The notes under the pieces: model-generated
The model's database searches: none
Seen by the model: only the letters and a program-made list of their open reading frames with translations
What the model was told of the DNA's origin: nothing
Assembly (NCBI GenBank): GCA_025201805.1
Contig: MU619375.1
Span: forward strand, 6,828-70,827
Length of the DNA: 64,000 bases
Direction of reading: 5' to 3'
DNA from: Parasitella parasitica NRRL 2501
Taxonomy: Eukaryota > Fungi > Mucoromycota
Shown here: piece by piece, positions 13,040 through 24,902 of the stretch
Layout: each line of letters begins with the position of its first letter
Numbering within the stretch: the first letter of the stretch is position 1
Position numbers and translations under genes: made by a program

Positions 13040-13638
13040 GTTGCTAAAGATATTTTCTTGCTTTCTATGCATGCGTCTTATAATGTACAACAAACAGTGT
13101 GACCTCTTTCAAATTCTTGAAGCATTGACCATGCATTCAAGAGAAATGCTGAAAAGTACCGTACCAATGAAAGACCATGTCTTGAAGCTGAGGCTAGGAG
13201 GAAGCGACACTCAACTATAAATTGGTCAGTGTATATTTTTGGCTGGATAAGCTTTGTGATTTTGTGGAGATTATTTAAGCTGCTATCTTTTAATGATTTG
13301 GAAGCCAAGGATATTCGTGAGAGTTGGTCAGTCTACAACTGGTCATTTCTCTCGCGATTTTTACCTTGTTGGATTTGCAAGTCTGTCAAGGCCAAGATAT
13401 TGGTCTTTCCACATATACCATTATGCCATATTTTACCATATGTGATCCGATTTTTTACCGTTTCAAAGTACGAGTTAACATCACAATCGGCGAGGCACCA
13501 CCTCTTTGTTTCACGGTAGGGTAGCGCCCTTAACACTGTAGGGCTTCCTCTCGGAGACCATTGCAACGTTTTTTATTACGTTGGCATATCAAGTGCTGGC
13601 TTTACTTGCACCATTATCACATATTGAGTATATTACGA

Positions 13639-13642
<4 letters not shown>

Positions 13643-13679
<37 letters not shown>
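13643..13679. repeat. poly(dT) tract, 37 nt
   Basis: Direct reading. Confidence 0.9.
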
Positions 13680-13680
<1 letters not shown>

Positions 13681-14506
13681 TCTGCTTTCTGCATTTGCAA
13701 CTCAACGGAGCTTCTCGACTTTAGAAGGTGTCTTGATGAGATTAGTCGGTTTGGTCTAATGATACTATGCAATTCTCATGATTGATATCAACTTGGACCT
13801 GCGTTTTTCTGCCGGACGAATAAAACAAAATGCAAGCGTTTCTTATTAATTTGTATTGCATAATGGGTAGTTTGGAAATACAAGATTTAAAATATGCAAT
13901 TGACACAAAACCATCAACAAACAGTACACTACGCCTCTTCCAGTCTGAAGTTACTCGTTTTGTAATGCAAGCAAATTTTTTTGTGTGCAGAATACTTCAC
14001 CTGACTGATGCATGTTGGGTGTATCTTCAACCTTGTAATGCAAAAAGCGACTATTTGTAATACACCAATAGACAATTTTCCCAATCATCTATTACAAAAT
14101 GTAATCATTTTAGCGACTTTTTTAGTACACGGATTTTTCTAGCGCGTTTTTAGTATTTCAACACAATCTGTTTTTTTGACAACATTTAGTGGTGAATTCT
14201 GACATCATTTCAGTCAAGGCATCTTTGAATTGGCTCCTCTTTATCTCAAATCCTTGGGCTTCACCACATTTAAATGGGATTTTATCCTTTCATGCAACCT
14301 AACTTGATTAGGTATGTCAATGTTGCAAGTGGGGAAAGGTTAATCCAATTAAACGCATCAAGGGTAAAATTAGTGTTGAATGTGTGAACTTTTTTTTTTT
14401 TGTTGGCCAAATGCAGTTACACACAGGTGATGGATGAAAGTGTATAAATAAGGCCATCTCTATACTTGTTCATTTTTATTCTTTACAAATTTATCAAGAA
14501 AAAAAA

Positions 14507-16194
14507 ATGGCTGCCACCGTCGATTACACTACTTCCAAAGGCTTTAATGTCAAGCGTAAGTTGCCTGCGATCTAGATTTATGGTATGACAACCAAGTAAC
14601 ACGTAAATCCATTTATAGTCCAAACTGGCCTTTTCATTAACAATGAGTTCGTAAAGGGCTCTAACACTATTGAAACTATCAATCCCTCTACTGGTAAGAC
14701 CATCACTGAAGTTCAAGCTGGTAAGTCACGTAAAGTTGGTATATTCGTCCATGTGCTGACATATCCTCTCTTGCTCTTAGCTGAAAAGAAGGACGTTGAT
14801 GCTGCCGTTAAAGCAGCCTCTGATGCATTCCATGGCCCTTGGAGTAAGATGACTCCTTCCCAACGCGCTGCTCTTATGTTCAAGCTTGCTGATCTCATTG
14901 ACCGTGATAATGAGGTACTCTCTCAAGTTGAGACACTTGATAATGGCAAGGGCATCACCTTCTCTCGAAATTTCGATGTCAAGCAAATTGCCATCACCCT
15001 CCGTTACTTTGCTGGTTATGCTGATAAGATTCACGGTAAGGTCATTGACACTAACGGTGCTCTCTCGTACACTCGTCATGAACCCATTGGCGTTTGCGGT
15101 GCAATCATTCCTTGGAATTTCCCCTTGATGATGCTTGGATGGAAGCTTGGTCCTGCTCTTGCCACCGGCAACACTGTGGTTGTCAAGACTTCAGAAATGA
15201 CGCCTCTCTCTGCCTTGAAGGTTTGTGAGCTCGTTGTCGAAGCTGGTTTTCCTCCTGGCGTCATCAACATTATCTCTGGTTATGGCGCTATTGCTGGCGA
15301 TGCATTAGCGCGTCATCAGAACGTTGCCAAGATTGCTTTTACTGGTAGCACTGCTGTTGGCCGTCATATCATGAAGGCCGCTTCTGAAAGCAATCTCAAG
15401 AAGGTCACCCTTGAGTTGGGCGGAAAATCCCCCAATATTATCTTTGACGATGCTGATTTGGACCAAGCTGTTCGCTGGGCTCACAAGGGTATCTTCTTCA
15501 ATCATGGTCAGTGCTGCTGCGCAGGTAGCCGTATCTACGTCCAAGAAAACATCAAAGACGAGTTCCTCAAAAAGTTTAAGGAATACACCAGCCAAACAAA
15601 GTTAGGTAATCCTCATGATGATGATACTTTCCAAGGTCCTCAAGTTTCTCAAACACAATTCGACCGCATCATGGGTTATATCGAGGCTGGAACGAAGGAG
15701 GGTGCTACTTGTTACATGGGCGGTAAGCGCTGGGGCAATGAAGGCTACTTTATTGAGCCCACCGTCTTTACTGATGTTAAAGAGGACATGACTATTGTGA
15801 AAGAGGAAATCTTTGGTCCTGTGGTCACTGTTTCTACATTCAAGGATGTTGATGATGTCCTCAAGATGGCTCTTGATACTGAGTATGGTCTTGCCGCTGC
15901 TGTGTTCACAAAGGATACTGCTCGTGCCATTGACGTCTCCAACCGCCTTCAAGCTGGCACTGTCTGGGTGAACTGTTACAACGAGTTGGATTACAACACT
16001 CCATTCGGCGGTTTCCGTCAGAGTGGTATTGGTCGTGAGAATGGCGAATACGCACTGGACAACTACATTCAGGTATGTTTACAATACATAATGCAATGCA
16101 TAATGCGTGAGAAAGTTATTAATCTCGTATATATGTATATTTATAATATGTATAGGTCAAGACTGTTAAGATCAATGTTAGCCGCAAGCCCTAA
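14507..16194 (+). CDS. NAD(P)-dependent aldehyde dehydrogenase (ALDH1/2 family)
   Basis: IIPWNFP, FTGSTAVG, LELGGKSP, GQCCCAGSR (catalytic Cys), EEIFGPV; three introns. Confidence 0.95.
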
Positions 16195-18569
16195 ATCCTT
16201 AAACATAACATATATTCCCTCATCGCTTCTGCCCAATATTTATGCAACCCAAACAAGATTGAAGCAGGAAATCTCACACACACACACACTCACACACAAA
16301 AATCCTTCTCACACACTTTTTTTTTTTCTTTCCACATTCATGTATAGTTAGGAATTCAAATAATAAAATAATATTATTATTGTACAAACGTTAAGCATTG
16401 CTCATCGATTGAGCTTGGTATAGGATGGATCTGCGCAGCCGCTCTAGGGTTTCAGTCAGGCACGCGAATATAGTGTAACAAACACTATCCAAACTTGGGA
16501 AGATCTGGGTTCTTCATTGTGCGACTCCAAATATGCGCTATCCATTTTAGTCCTAATGGACTTCTTGTTTTGACCATCATAGCATTAGCAATCAAGACTG
16601 TTTCTGTGACATTTGAACAAAAAGAAATTTTTTTTTTCCATGGATTCAACAACTATAAAAGGGAGGCAAAAGTTGGCAATTGCTATTTTTCTTTAGTGAC
16701 CGTACTCTACAGGATCTGTATGCAGTATGTTTCAATTCTACGTTTTCTAAACTAGATACAATCCCAAAGCTAGTCGATGATTGTTAGTAGACCTTCTTTT
16801 GAGTGAAGTGTGGCAATCACTGCTCTCTGAGCAGTTTTTGTCAGTTGATGATCTCGCCTGTCTTTATTCCAAGGACACGGCAAGGAAGGAGCTACAAGTC
16901 TGATAGCTTATTACATTTTTTTAACCAAAATATAAACGAAAAAACAGGCTGTTTCAATAGAAATGATTGCAAAATCTACACGGAACAAGAAACTTTCCTT
17001 GCCAATCTTTCTCATTTATTTGGAGATACATTTAATGCGATAGTAAATAGATTTGAATAGTCCAGGCACACAAATTTGCCTCTTTTTTTTTTGTCTTTTA
17101 GAGTTGCTTGTAATTATACCTATAAGATTATTTTTTAATTATTCATTTTATTGGCGCCTTTTCTTCATGGTCAAACATGGTTTCGTAAAGATGTATTGCT
17201 CTATGCTCACCAAAGCCTTGCCGTAAGGTTTTGTAAGGCCTGGAACTTATCTTTTACCATGAACGTTCTTTGTAGGCTTGATTCCTACCCTTAGCCAAAT
17301 GAAGAAAGAGCTGTACTTTTATAAGCGAGGTATCTATCGAGAACGTTTCTCCTTGATATCATTTTTGTTCAAGTTTGTAGATAACTAGTTTGACCTGTAC
17401 AAACTACCGGTACTGATAATTTAATTATTGAAATTTGGGTAAAGGACAGAGTTGAAGCACTATTAACCTGCATGGTATACTTGATTTGAATGTCGCGCAG
17501 ATTCTATGCTACAAAATTAACAATATCTCCTCCGAAATACAGTCTTTTTTATTCAAATAAAATTAGATGGTATACTTCTAGTTCGGCTTCGTAACCGGGA
17601 ACTATCAAAACTGTTTTGTAAGAACTTTATCCTAGAGTAAAATATGTTCACATAGTCCAACCACTGTAAAAATTTGTTTTTTAATCGCTCATATCTCGCG
17701 AATCAAGCGTCTTTTCAGCTTCAAAATGGGTGCGAATGTCTTCTACCACGTCAAGTTAGCATAGGGGACACTTTACAGCGATTTTAAGGATAAAAAGTAA
17801 ACAACAATTTTTTGGCCATTTTGCCCTTGCTACCATAAGGGAAAAACTCGCGATTTCCTAAAACTCGAAATATGGCCCTAAAAACGAGGCTTTTTACTAT
17901 AGTGTTTCTAAGCTCAAAATAACTCTAGAGAGTGCATTCGTACCATACAAGTGTTACATACGACGTTGACTATACAAAATTTGGACTTTCCCCTCAAAAA
18001 CGACTCTCACGTTTTCGAGCATTTTCTCTTCACACAGTGCTTTTAGCGTTCCAATTGCAAAGCCATTCGATTCTGCGTTGAAAAAGACATAGACGAGCTT
18101 AGAGTCGTAGGTAGCATACGGATAATAAAATTTGTGGCAATCCCCACCGAAGACATTTGGGATGTCGAAATGGAACGGAAGTCTTCCCATCTGAACATAA
18201 CAATTTCAATGCCCGCAATATCCTTTCTGACACAAGATGGTGCTTTGTCTTTAAACGATTTCTATACGAAATATGGTATTTTGAAAGATGTATGAACCTA
18301 CCTATGAATAAATTTAAGATACCAAATACTGATTATTATTATTTTTTTAAAAAAAAAAAGGTTTGCTACATTTCGCTCAGTACGAGAGATTCAATCATGA
18401 ACGTCTGCCATCGCCCCTTGATAAACGATAGATTAATTCAATAAATTTTTTCTCCTAAGCCACGTAGTCCTTTAAACCAATCAATAGTATCAACAATAAA
18501 ACTTTTTGGAAAGATTAAGAAGCAAGAAGCCACTTCCAATTGTTTGATTCCTCCTCTTTCTTATTCGCT

Positions 18570-19298
18570 ATGCAACTTTTCGTTAAGTCTCTTGCCGGTA
18601 ACACCCTCGCTTTCGAGGTTGCCCCCTCAACCTCTGTTGAGAATGTTAAGGCTATGATTGCCGCCCGTGAAGGTACCTAGAATCTCTCAAATGTTTGATT
18701 TTTATAAAAAAAAAAAAAAAGAAAAGGATGAACATTTCGGATGGATCCACAAAAAAATGAACAAAACACGACGAAATCATTGAATCGAGATGTTTATCCT
18801 ATATTTTTTATTTATTTTATACGTATTAAAAAAAAAGCCGTTCATTTATACTCAATCATTACTATCATTAGGTATTGATGCTGATTTCCAATGTCTCTCT
18901 TTCGCCGGAAAGTCTCTCCAAAACGCTGGAGCTCTTGACCTTTACGGTGTCCAAGACAACTCTACTCTTCACCTCAACGCTGAACTCCTCGGTGGTGGTA
19001 AGAAGAGAAAGAAGAAGACCTACACTACTCCCAAGAAGATCAAGCACAAGCGTACCAAGGTCAAATTGGCTATTCTCAAGATGTACAAAGTTGATGAGTC
19101 TGGCAAGATCACCCGTCTCCGTCGTGAGTGCCCTAACGCCACCTGTGGTGCTGGTGTCTTCATGGCTAAGCACAAGGATAGACAATACTGTGGCAAGTGT
19201 CACTTGACCTATGTCTTCCAAAAGGTAAGAATTGACAGTTGACATTGAGACGCTTGACCTCATTTTTTTTTATCAATGAATAGGACCAAGAGGCTTAA
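18570..19298 (+). CDS. RPS31: Ribosomal protein eS31 (S27a) fused to a divergent ubiquitin-like domain
   Basis: [18 protein letters not shown]...[16 protein letters not shown]...YCGKCHLTY zinc finger; N-terminal 76-aa UBL ending LLGG; introns 18673-18871 and about 19225-19283. Confidence 0.95.
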
Positions 19299-19403
19299 GT
19301 TTTGTAAAATGTTGACAGCCTTTCACACATCTGATGAATAGCCTTCATTTTCTTTAATAAAATTTGAATTTTGCTGCATTTTGCTCTGCTGCTATTTGTA
19401 ATG

Positions 19404-19408
<5 letters not shown>

Positions 19409-19498
<90 letters not shown>
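19409..19498. repeat. poly(dT) tract, 90 nt
   Basis: Direct reading; true length may be inflated by assembly. Confidence 0.85.
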
Positions 19499-19501
<3 letters not shown>

Positions 19502-19833
19502 GAATGTGTAAACTAGTTGTTGTGCCCCTGATTTGATGCATTTTCAGCGTCCCCAAGCTGTTAAAATCAGTCAGTGATAAGTATCATTTCGATTATACTT
19601 TTGTAGATCAGTGCTAATCAAGCGCACAATGTTGCGGGATCAGCAAAATAGTACCATACTATCCAAGATTATGCTCGACTTGACAATAAATCAACAAACT
19701 CCAAACCAAATGAAAGCTTATCTGAGTGGGTCAAACCCCATCTTGAAGCCTATCAACGGCATACATCTGGATCAAGCATTGTCTTGATTTACATCCTATA
19801 ATAATGGCAAATCAAGGTCAATCAAGTCACAAT

Positions 19834-19860
19834 CGAGAGTTCCAGAAGGCTCCTTCGAAT
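19834..19860 (+). promoter_or_regulatory. Heat-shock element (nGAAn inverted array) upstream of STI1
   Basis: GAGagTTCcaGAAgg..TTCGAA about 110-125 nt before the ATG; another TTCcaGAA near 19937. Confidence 0.6.
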
Positions 19861-19961
19861 GTGTCGCTTCATATAAATGACTAAATTCGTGTTTGCCTTT
19901 TTTCCTGGTTTTTTTTTTTTTTTTTTTTTTTTTTTCTTCCAGAATACAATTAAATTAAAAC

Positions 19962-21239
19962 ATGTCTGACGATAACAAAAAATTAGCTTTGGCTGAGAAG
20001 GAGCTTGGCAACGAAGCTTACAAGAAGCGCGAATTCGATGTCGCACTTGGCCATTATGACAAGGCTTACGAATTGGATGATACCAACATCACTTTTTTGA
20101 CCAACAAGGCCGGTAAGTTAGTCAGTTAATTTATGCTTGATTTCGACCGGGACAACTAAACATGTTGCTATCTAAAAGCTGTTCTTTTCGAGCAAGAGAA
20201 ATTTGATGAATGTATCAAGGTCTGTGAGGGTGCTATTGAACGCGGCCGTGAATTAAGATGTGATTACAAGTTGATTGCAAGGTATGTATTAGAAAATAAT
20301 GGAAATCAGCAAAAAATACATGAGAAACCGACATTTACACTAGAGCGCTTCAACGAATTGGTAATGCCTATTTCAAATTGGACGACTTGGATAAAGCCAT
20401 CACTTATTACGGCAAATCCTTGACTGAACATCGTACTCCTGAAACACTTCAAAAGTTTCGCGACACTGAAAAACTTAAGAAGGAGCAAGAGAAGAAGGCT
20501 TATGAAAACCCTGAGCTTGCCGATAAGGCCCGTGATGAAGGCAATGCCTTTTACAAGGCTGCCAAATGGTAAGTGTTCTTTTTTTTTTTTCGGTTTTGAT
20601 TCGAAAAGTTTTTTAATGCAAAATGGGGGGGTTTTTTTTTTCCAAGGCCTGAAGCTGTTGAACGATATACCGAAGCCATCAAGCGTAATGACAAAGATGT
20701 CAGACCTTATTCTAATCGTGCTGCTTGTTATTTGAAGCTGATGGCTATCCACGAAGCCGATAAGGACGCTGACAAATGTATCGAACTTGATCCCACTTTT
20801 GGTAAGTACTTGCGAGAAGTTGACGGGGAATTAACTAAATATCGTTTGCAAACAACGTGTAGCTCGTGGTTATATTCGTAAAGCAGCTGTTCAACTCGCC
20901 AAGAAGGACTTTGACGAAGCCAATACTAATCTCGGCTTGGCCAAGGAGCATGACAAGGATAACAAGTGTGCTCGTGAAATCCAAGATCTGTTGAATAAGG
21001 TATACGCTGCCATGTACCCTATGCAAGGCTCTGGCGATGCCAATGAATCACAAGAAGAAATTCTTAAGAGAGCTGCTCAAAATCCTGAAGTCCAGCGCAT
21101 TATGAGCGACCCTGTCATGCAACAAATTCTCCAACAAATGCAGGAAAATCCTAAGGCTGCCCAAGAGCATCTCAAGAACCCTCAAATTGCTGCCAACATT
21201 CGTAAATTGATGAACGCCGGTATCATTCGTATGGGTTAA
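19962..21239 (+). CDS. STI1: Hsp70/Hsp90 organising protein Sti1/Hop, short form (TPR2A-TPR2B-DP2)
   Basis: [14 protein letters not shown] (TPR2A), [17 protein letters not shown]...YSNRAACY (TPR2B), [15 protein letters not shown]...KLMNAGII (DP2). Confidence 0.92.
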
Positions 21240-21650
21240 ACTTGATTTATATTTTTGACAAATCCCCTCTCTTATAAAATCTAGCATTTCCCTCTTGTCT
21301 CTCTTTTTTTTCTAATAAAAACCAAGTATTCAATCTGATTGTTTGGCAATGTGTTCCTAATTTATTTTTTTTATTTTTTTGTATTTACAAGATGTTGGAG
21401 TAGAATGTGAAGGGATAGAAGGTATTTACTATTTTTTCTTCGTTTTTCTGAAGACTCTAGAGTATCCTTTGATAAGGAACCACTTTGGCGAGTCTTTGAG
21501 CAAATTTAGATCTTCAATAAAATTACGAGCTTTAGCGAGTTTTTAGTGATCCAAAAGCGTATTCGAGCCATTGCAAAGACGAATTTGGGTGAAGCGAATT
21601 CCAGTGGGAAACCAGAGCGGCTTGGGTTATATACAATAACTGCAGATTTG

Positions 21651-22550
21651 TTATTTATGATTGTCCTTTTTCCAAGAAGCCAAATTGCGGAACAGCTTTG
21701 ACCTGCCGCTATTCGGCAATGGCAATTTATTTGCATCTGTTTCAAATGATTGATCATCATCTGTTGTTGTTGTTGTTGTTGTTTCTGTAGTAATAATTGT
21801 GGGTGCATTTTTCCTACTGGAGAATTTTCGTGTGAGGGCAAATATTGTGTCCCGTTTTCGTTTTTTTATAACGACGCCTCCTTCATCCTCTGAGGAAAAT
21901 GAAGAGTCAAAGCCTTGTTTCAAGTGGCCTGTGCTGTTGCTTCTCTGGAAAGTCAATCGAAGTAGGTCCATGGCACGGTCTCGTTTGCTTATTGAAAGCG
22001 ATTGCATTTGAATAGACAATTCATCGCTGCTTGTCTCTTCTTCCGGATGCAATAAACCAGCTCTACGTCCGGTGCGAATATGGCCTGTACTGTTGCTACG
22101 TTTGACTGTTGTACTATGAGACTTGATCAGTTGGTGAATGTGGAGTGGCTTTTTGCTAGAAGATGAAGGAAATGTACGAAGGGCTTGTAACAAGGGCACC
22201 TTTTGCTGCAATAGTGCGTCCTTGGCATTATCGTTATCAACAGGTACTAATGCTTTGGGCTTTGCAATCGTAGGTTTCGGTTTCGTAGTTGGAATGACGA
22301 TGATCTTTGGCTTGAGCGTTAATGATTTTCTCTTGGCATGTCTTTTGTGGTGGGAATGCTTGATTTTCTTTTTGCGAGTTCTATCTGTGGCTAAATCAGA
22401 TTTTTTATCGAGTGTAATTTGACGGTAAGCAATGTAAAGGATTGAGTAAACCCAATACAGATGAGAATGTAGCAGCACGCAAAACGACAACCCAAAACCT
22501 CTAGTTTTGCAGTCCTTTAGTTTATCAATTTGATTTGAATTGCTGGGCAT
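21651..22550 (-). CDS. Hypothetical basic, low-complexity protein
   Basis: Long ORF, probably with one 5' intron; duplicated RSNSTGH motif; poly-Thr run. Confidence 0.65.
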   Translation of the reverse strand: MPSNSNQIDKLKDCKTRGFGLSFCVLLHSHLYWVYSILYIAYRQITLDKKSDLATDRTRKKKIKHSHHKRHAKRKSLTLKPKIIVIPTTKPKPTIAKPKALVPVDNDNAKDALLQQKVPLLQALRTFPSSSSKKPLHIHQLIKSHSTTVKRSNSTGHIRTGRRAGLLHPEEETSSDELSIQMQSLSISKRDRAMDLLRLTFQRSNSTGHLKQGFDSSFSSEDEGGVVIKKRKRDTIFALTRKFSSRKNAPTIITTETTTTTTTDDDQSFETDANKLPLPNSGRSKLFRNLASWKKDNHK

Positions 22551-24902
22551 ATTTTGGTGGAAATGAAAGATAAAAAAGAAAATAAAGGGGAAATGGTGAT
22601 TTTAAATAAATTTAGTATTAATCCTGGTACAAACAACCAAAATAGTTTATAAAACTTTGCATCCACTTCTTAAAATGGCAAATTCCTTAATTGTTGGCGA
22701 TCTTATATGAATTTTTTGCTGTCAAAAATATACGGCCACGCCAGATGTGGGACAATAATATATTGAATTTAAGGAACAGGGCCTTGCTCTGTCGTATTTC
22801 TTCAGTGATATACCTTGCAAAGTGGTGATCTTTTGGCGAATATACTATTTGTGTATTTAGCAGTAGAGATGGTTGAGAATTAAAGCACAGGTAAATAGGG
22901 TTGCCCACAGCAATCAATATGCATACATCATATGTTTGTAGCGACCGGTCCACCGAACATAATGAATATTTGTTACATGCACTGCTCTAGCAAAAGCAAA
23001 AGAATTGCTTCATATCTATTCTATATAGTATTATACATGGGCCTAGGTTTCCTATATACATTATATTAAATATGTACGCGTATTTGTTTATTAAAACTAA
23101 TAAACTCTGATGCACACTATACATTAGTTTTCAGAACGAACGTAAATATCACACATCTGGATACGTTTACTGTAGACAGGTGCTTAGGAAGTCGAATGTC
23201 ATTCCTTTAGATTAGTCATGTAAAAATTACTAAATTGTTGAGTAGGAGCAAAAAGCTCTTGATTCGAGGCAATGCCAGATAATCCCCCTAAACACTCCTT
23301 TAAGCGAATTAATATACAGTAATACTATTGTTTATAATTGAAAATCACGCTCAAGCTACATACATATTGAAGGCATCAAAATTCGGGAATGTTGTAAATT
23401 CATTTTCTCGCTTTTTCCATTGACTTTGTTGTTTTTGAAAGCTATTTCTGTTATGCTTTAAGATTACTTTCCGAACCCTACACAGCAGTTCTAATGATAG
23501 CAAAACTTTAAACAGCATGGCTTTATTTTTTGGTGCTGATAAAAGCGTGATGTTATTTTGTTTGGACTACATGTACCTATGATTTGAAAGCTTGTCCTTA
23601 AATCAGGTTATCTGTGACTAGGGCAAACGATGGTCTAGATATCGATTGTGTATGCGTTACATCGCTGGTTGTAAAGGAAAGAAACCGTCCATGATAACGC
23701 TACTCAAACAACAGGTAGACTCGTCTAGTCGAAGTCTACACAGATCCCACGAAAAGAAAACAGACCAAAGTTCAAGCACACCATTTTTGCCCAGCAAATC
23801 TTCATAGCGCACTAATCTACTGACCTTCTCTGAACCTGGTAGTATACACATTTCTTTGCCTTTACATTAATATTACTTTCAAGAATGATCACGCCATCAA
23901 AGTGATTGTTGAATAATTGCTCGAATTTTGAGGATATAATATTATGATTTCGACCAGACCGGAGTACGTATATTTAACGTTATTAATGCCATAAACATGT
24001 ACGGCAACTTTTCTTCATGCAAAAAAAAACAGAAAATTATATTAGTGGATTGGAGACATCAAGCTTCAATCGAGCTATTAAGTGGTGTCCTAGAAATTTA
24101 ATGGCAAGGGCACCCGGATACATTATTTTTTGTGTCATCCGTTAACATACCAATTCTCTGACTCAAATCTTCATGTTCGCTGATGTTACAAAACAGAGCA
24201 CTTTGGATGAGCAAGCCGCCAAGAGTATCACCAATGATATTGCAAATTAAAGAGAAACCAAAAGGAAAAAAGGCCTACTATATATAGATTAATTTTGAAA
24301 CCAAAACTTACATTAATGCTTCTTTCGGCAAAAACACATGTAAAAGATTTTAAGCCGGGGTGATAATAATTGCAAAGCAATAAACGTACGATGTCTTTAT
24401 AGTTGTATTGCTTGCCGATGTATGGCAGCCGAAGCAATTATAAAATTCACTCAATGTTTAAGATCCATTGTGGGTTATGCCAGGCCAGTGTGATGGCTCG
24501 GTGCTCCAAACACCCAAGTGCACTAATTGTACCTTCATTCATAGAGGGTTTTCGAACAAAACAAAACAAAAAAAAAAAAACAAAAAAAAGAGAATGATCA
24601 ATGTTACCAGAGTCTAATGTCGTCTTATATTAACCATGTTGAAAAGTATGATAATGTGCACTTTAGAGAAAAGAGCAGGAAGTTTACAGAGCAGACTCAG
24701 AATAATACAAGTTACACATGCAATAAAATGCCTAAACATTTGGGTTTTGCACATTACCAATCAAATGAGATGAGCATGCTGGAAATGTGACTCTTCCAGC
24801 CTTGCTATTTCTTCATTCACCAAACCATCAGACACACACAACGCCCCCTTTTCATCCTGTTGCTTTATTTCGAAAGAGATATCTTGAAAATAAAAACAGT
24901 AA

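Noticed and set aside
13078-13566. Short ORFs upstream of the J-protein gene
   Set aside because: No recognisable motifs or consistent splice model.
17760-18190. Possible TE relic, and VFGGD resembling Pif1 motif III
   Set aside because: Single short motif with no other helicase motifs, TIRs or TSDs identifiable.
21462-21470. GTATCCTT, a U12-type donor-like sequence
   Set aside because: Not inside a + strand gene, and no matching branch site.
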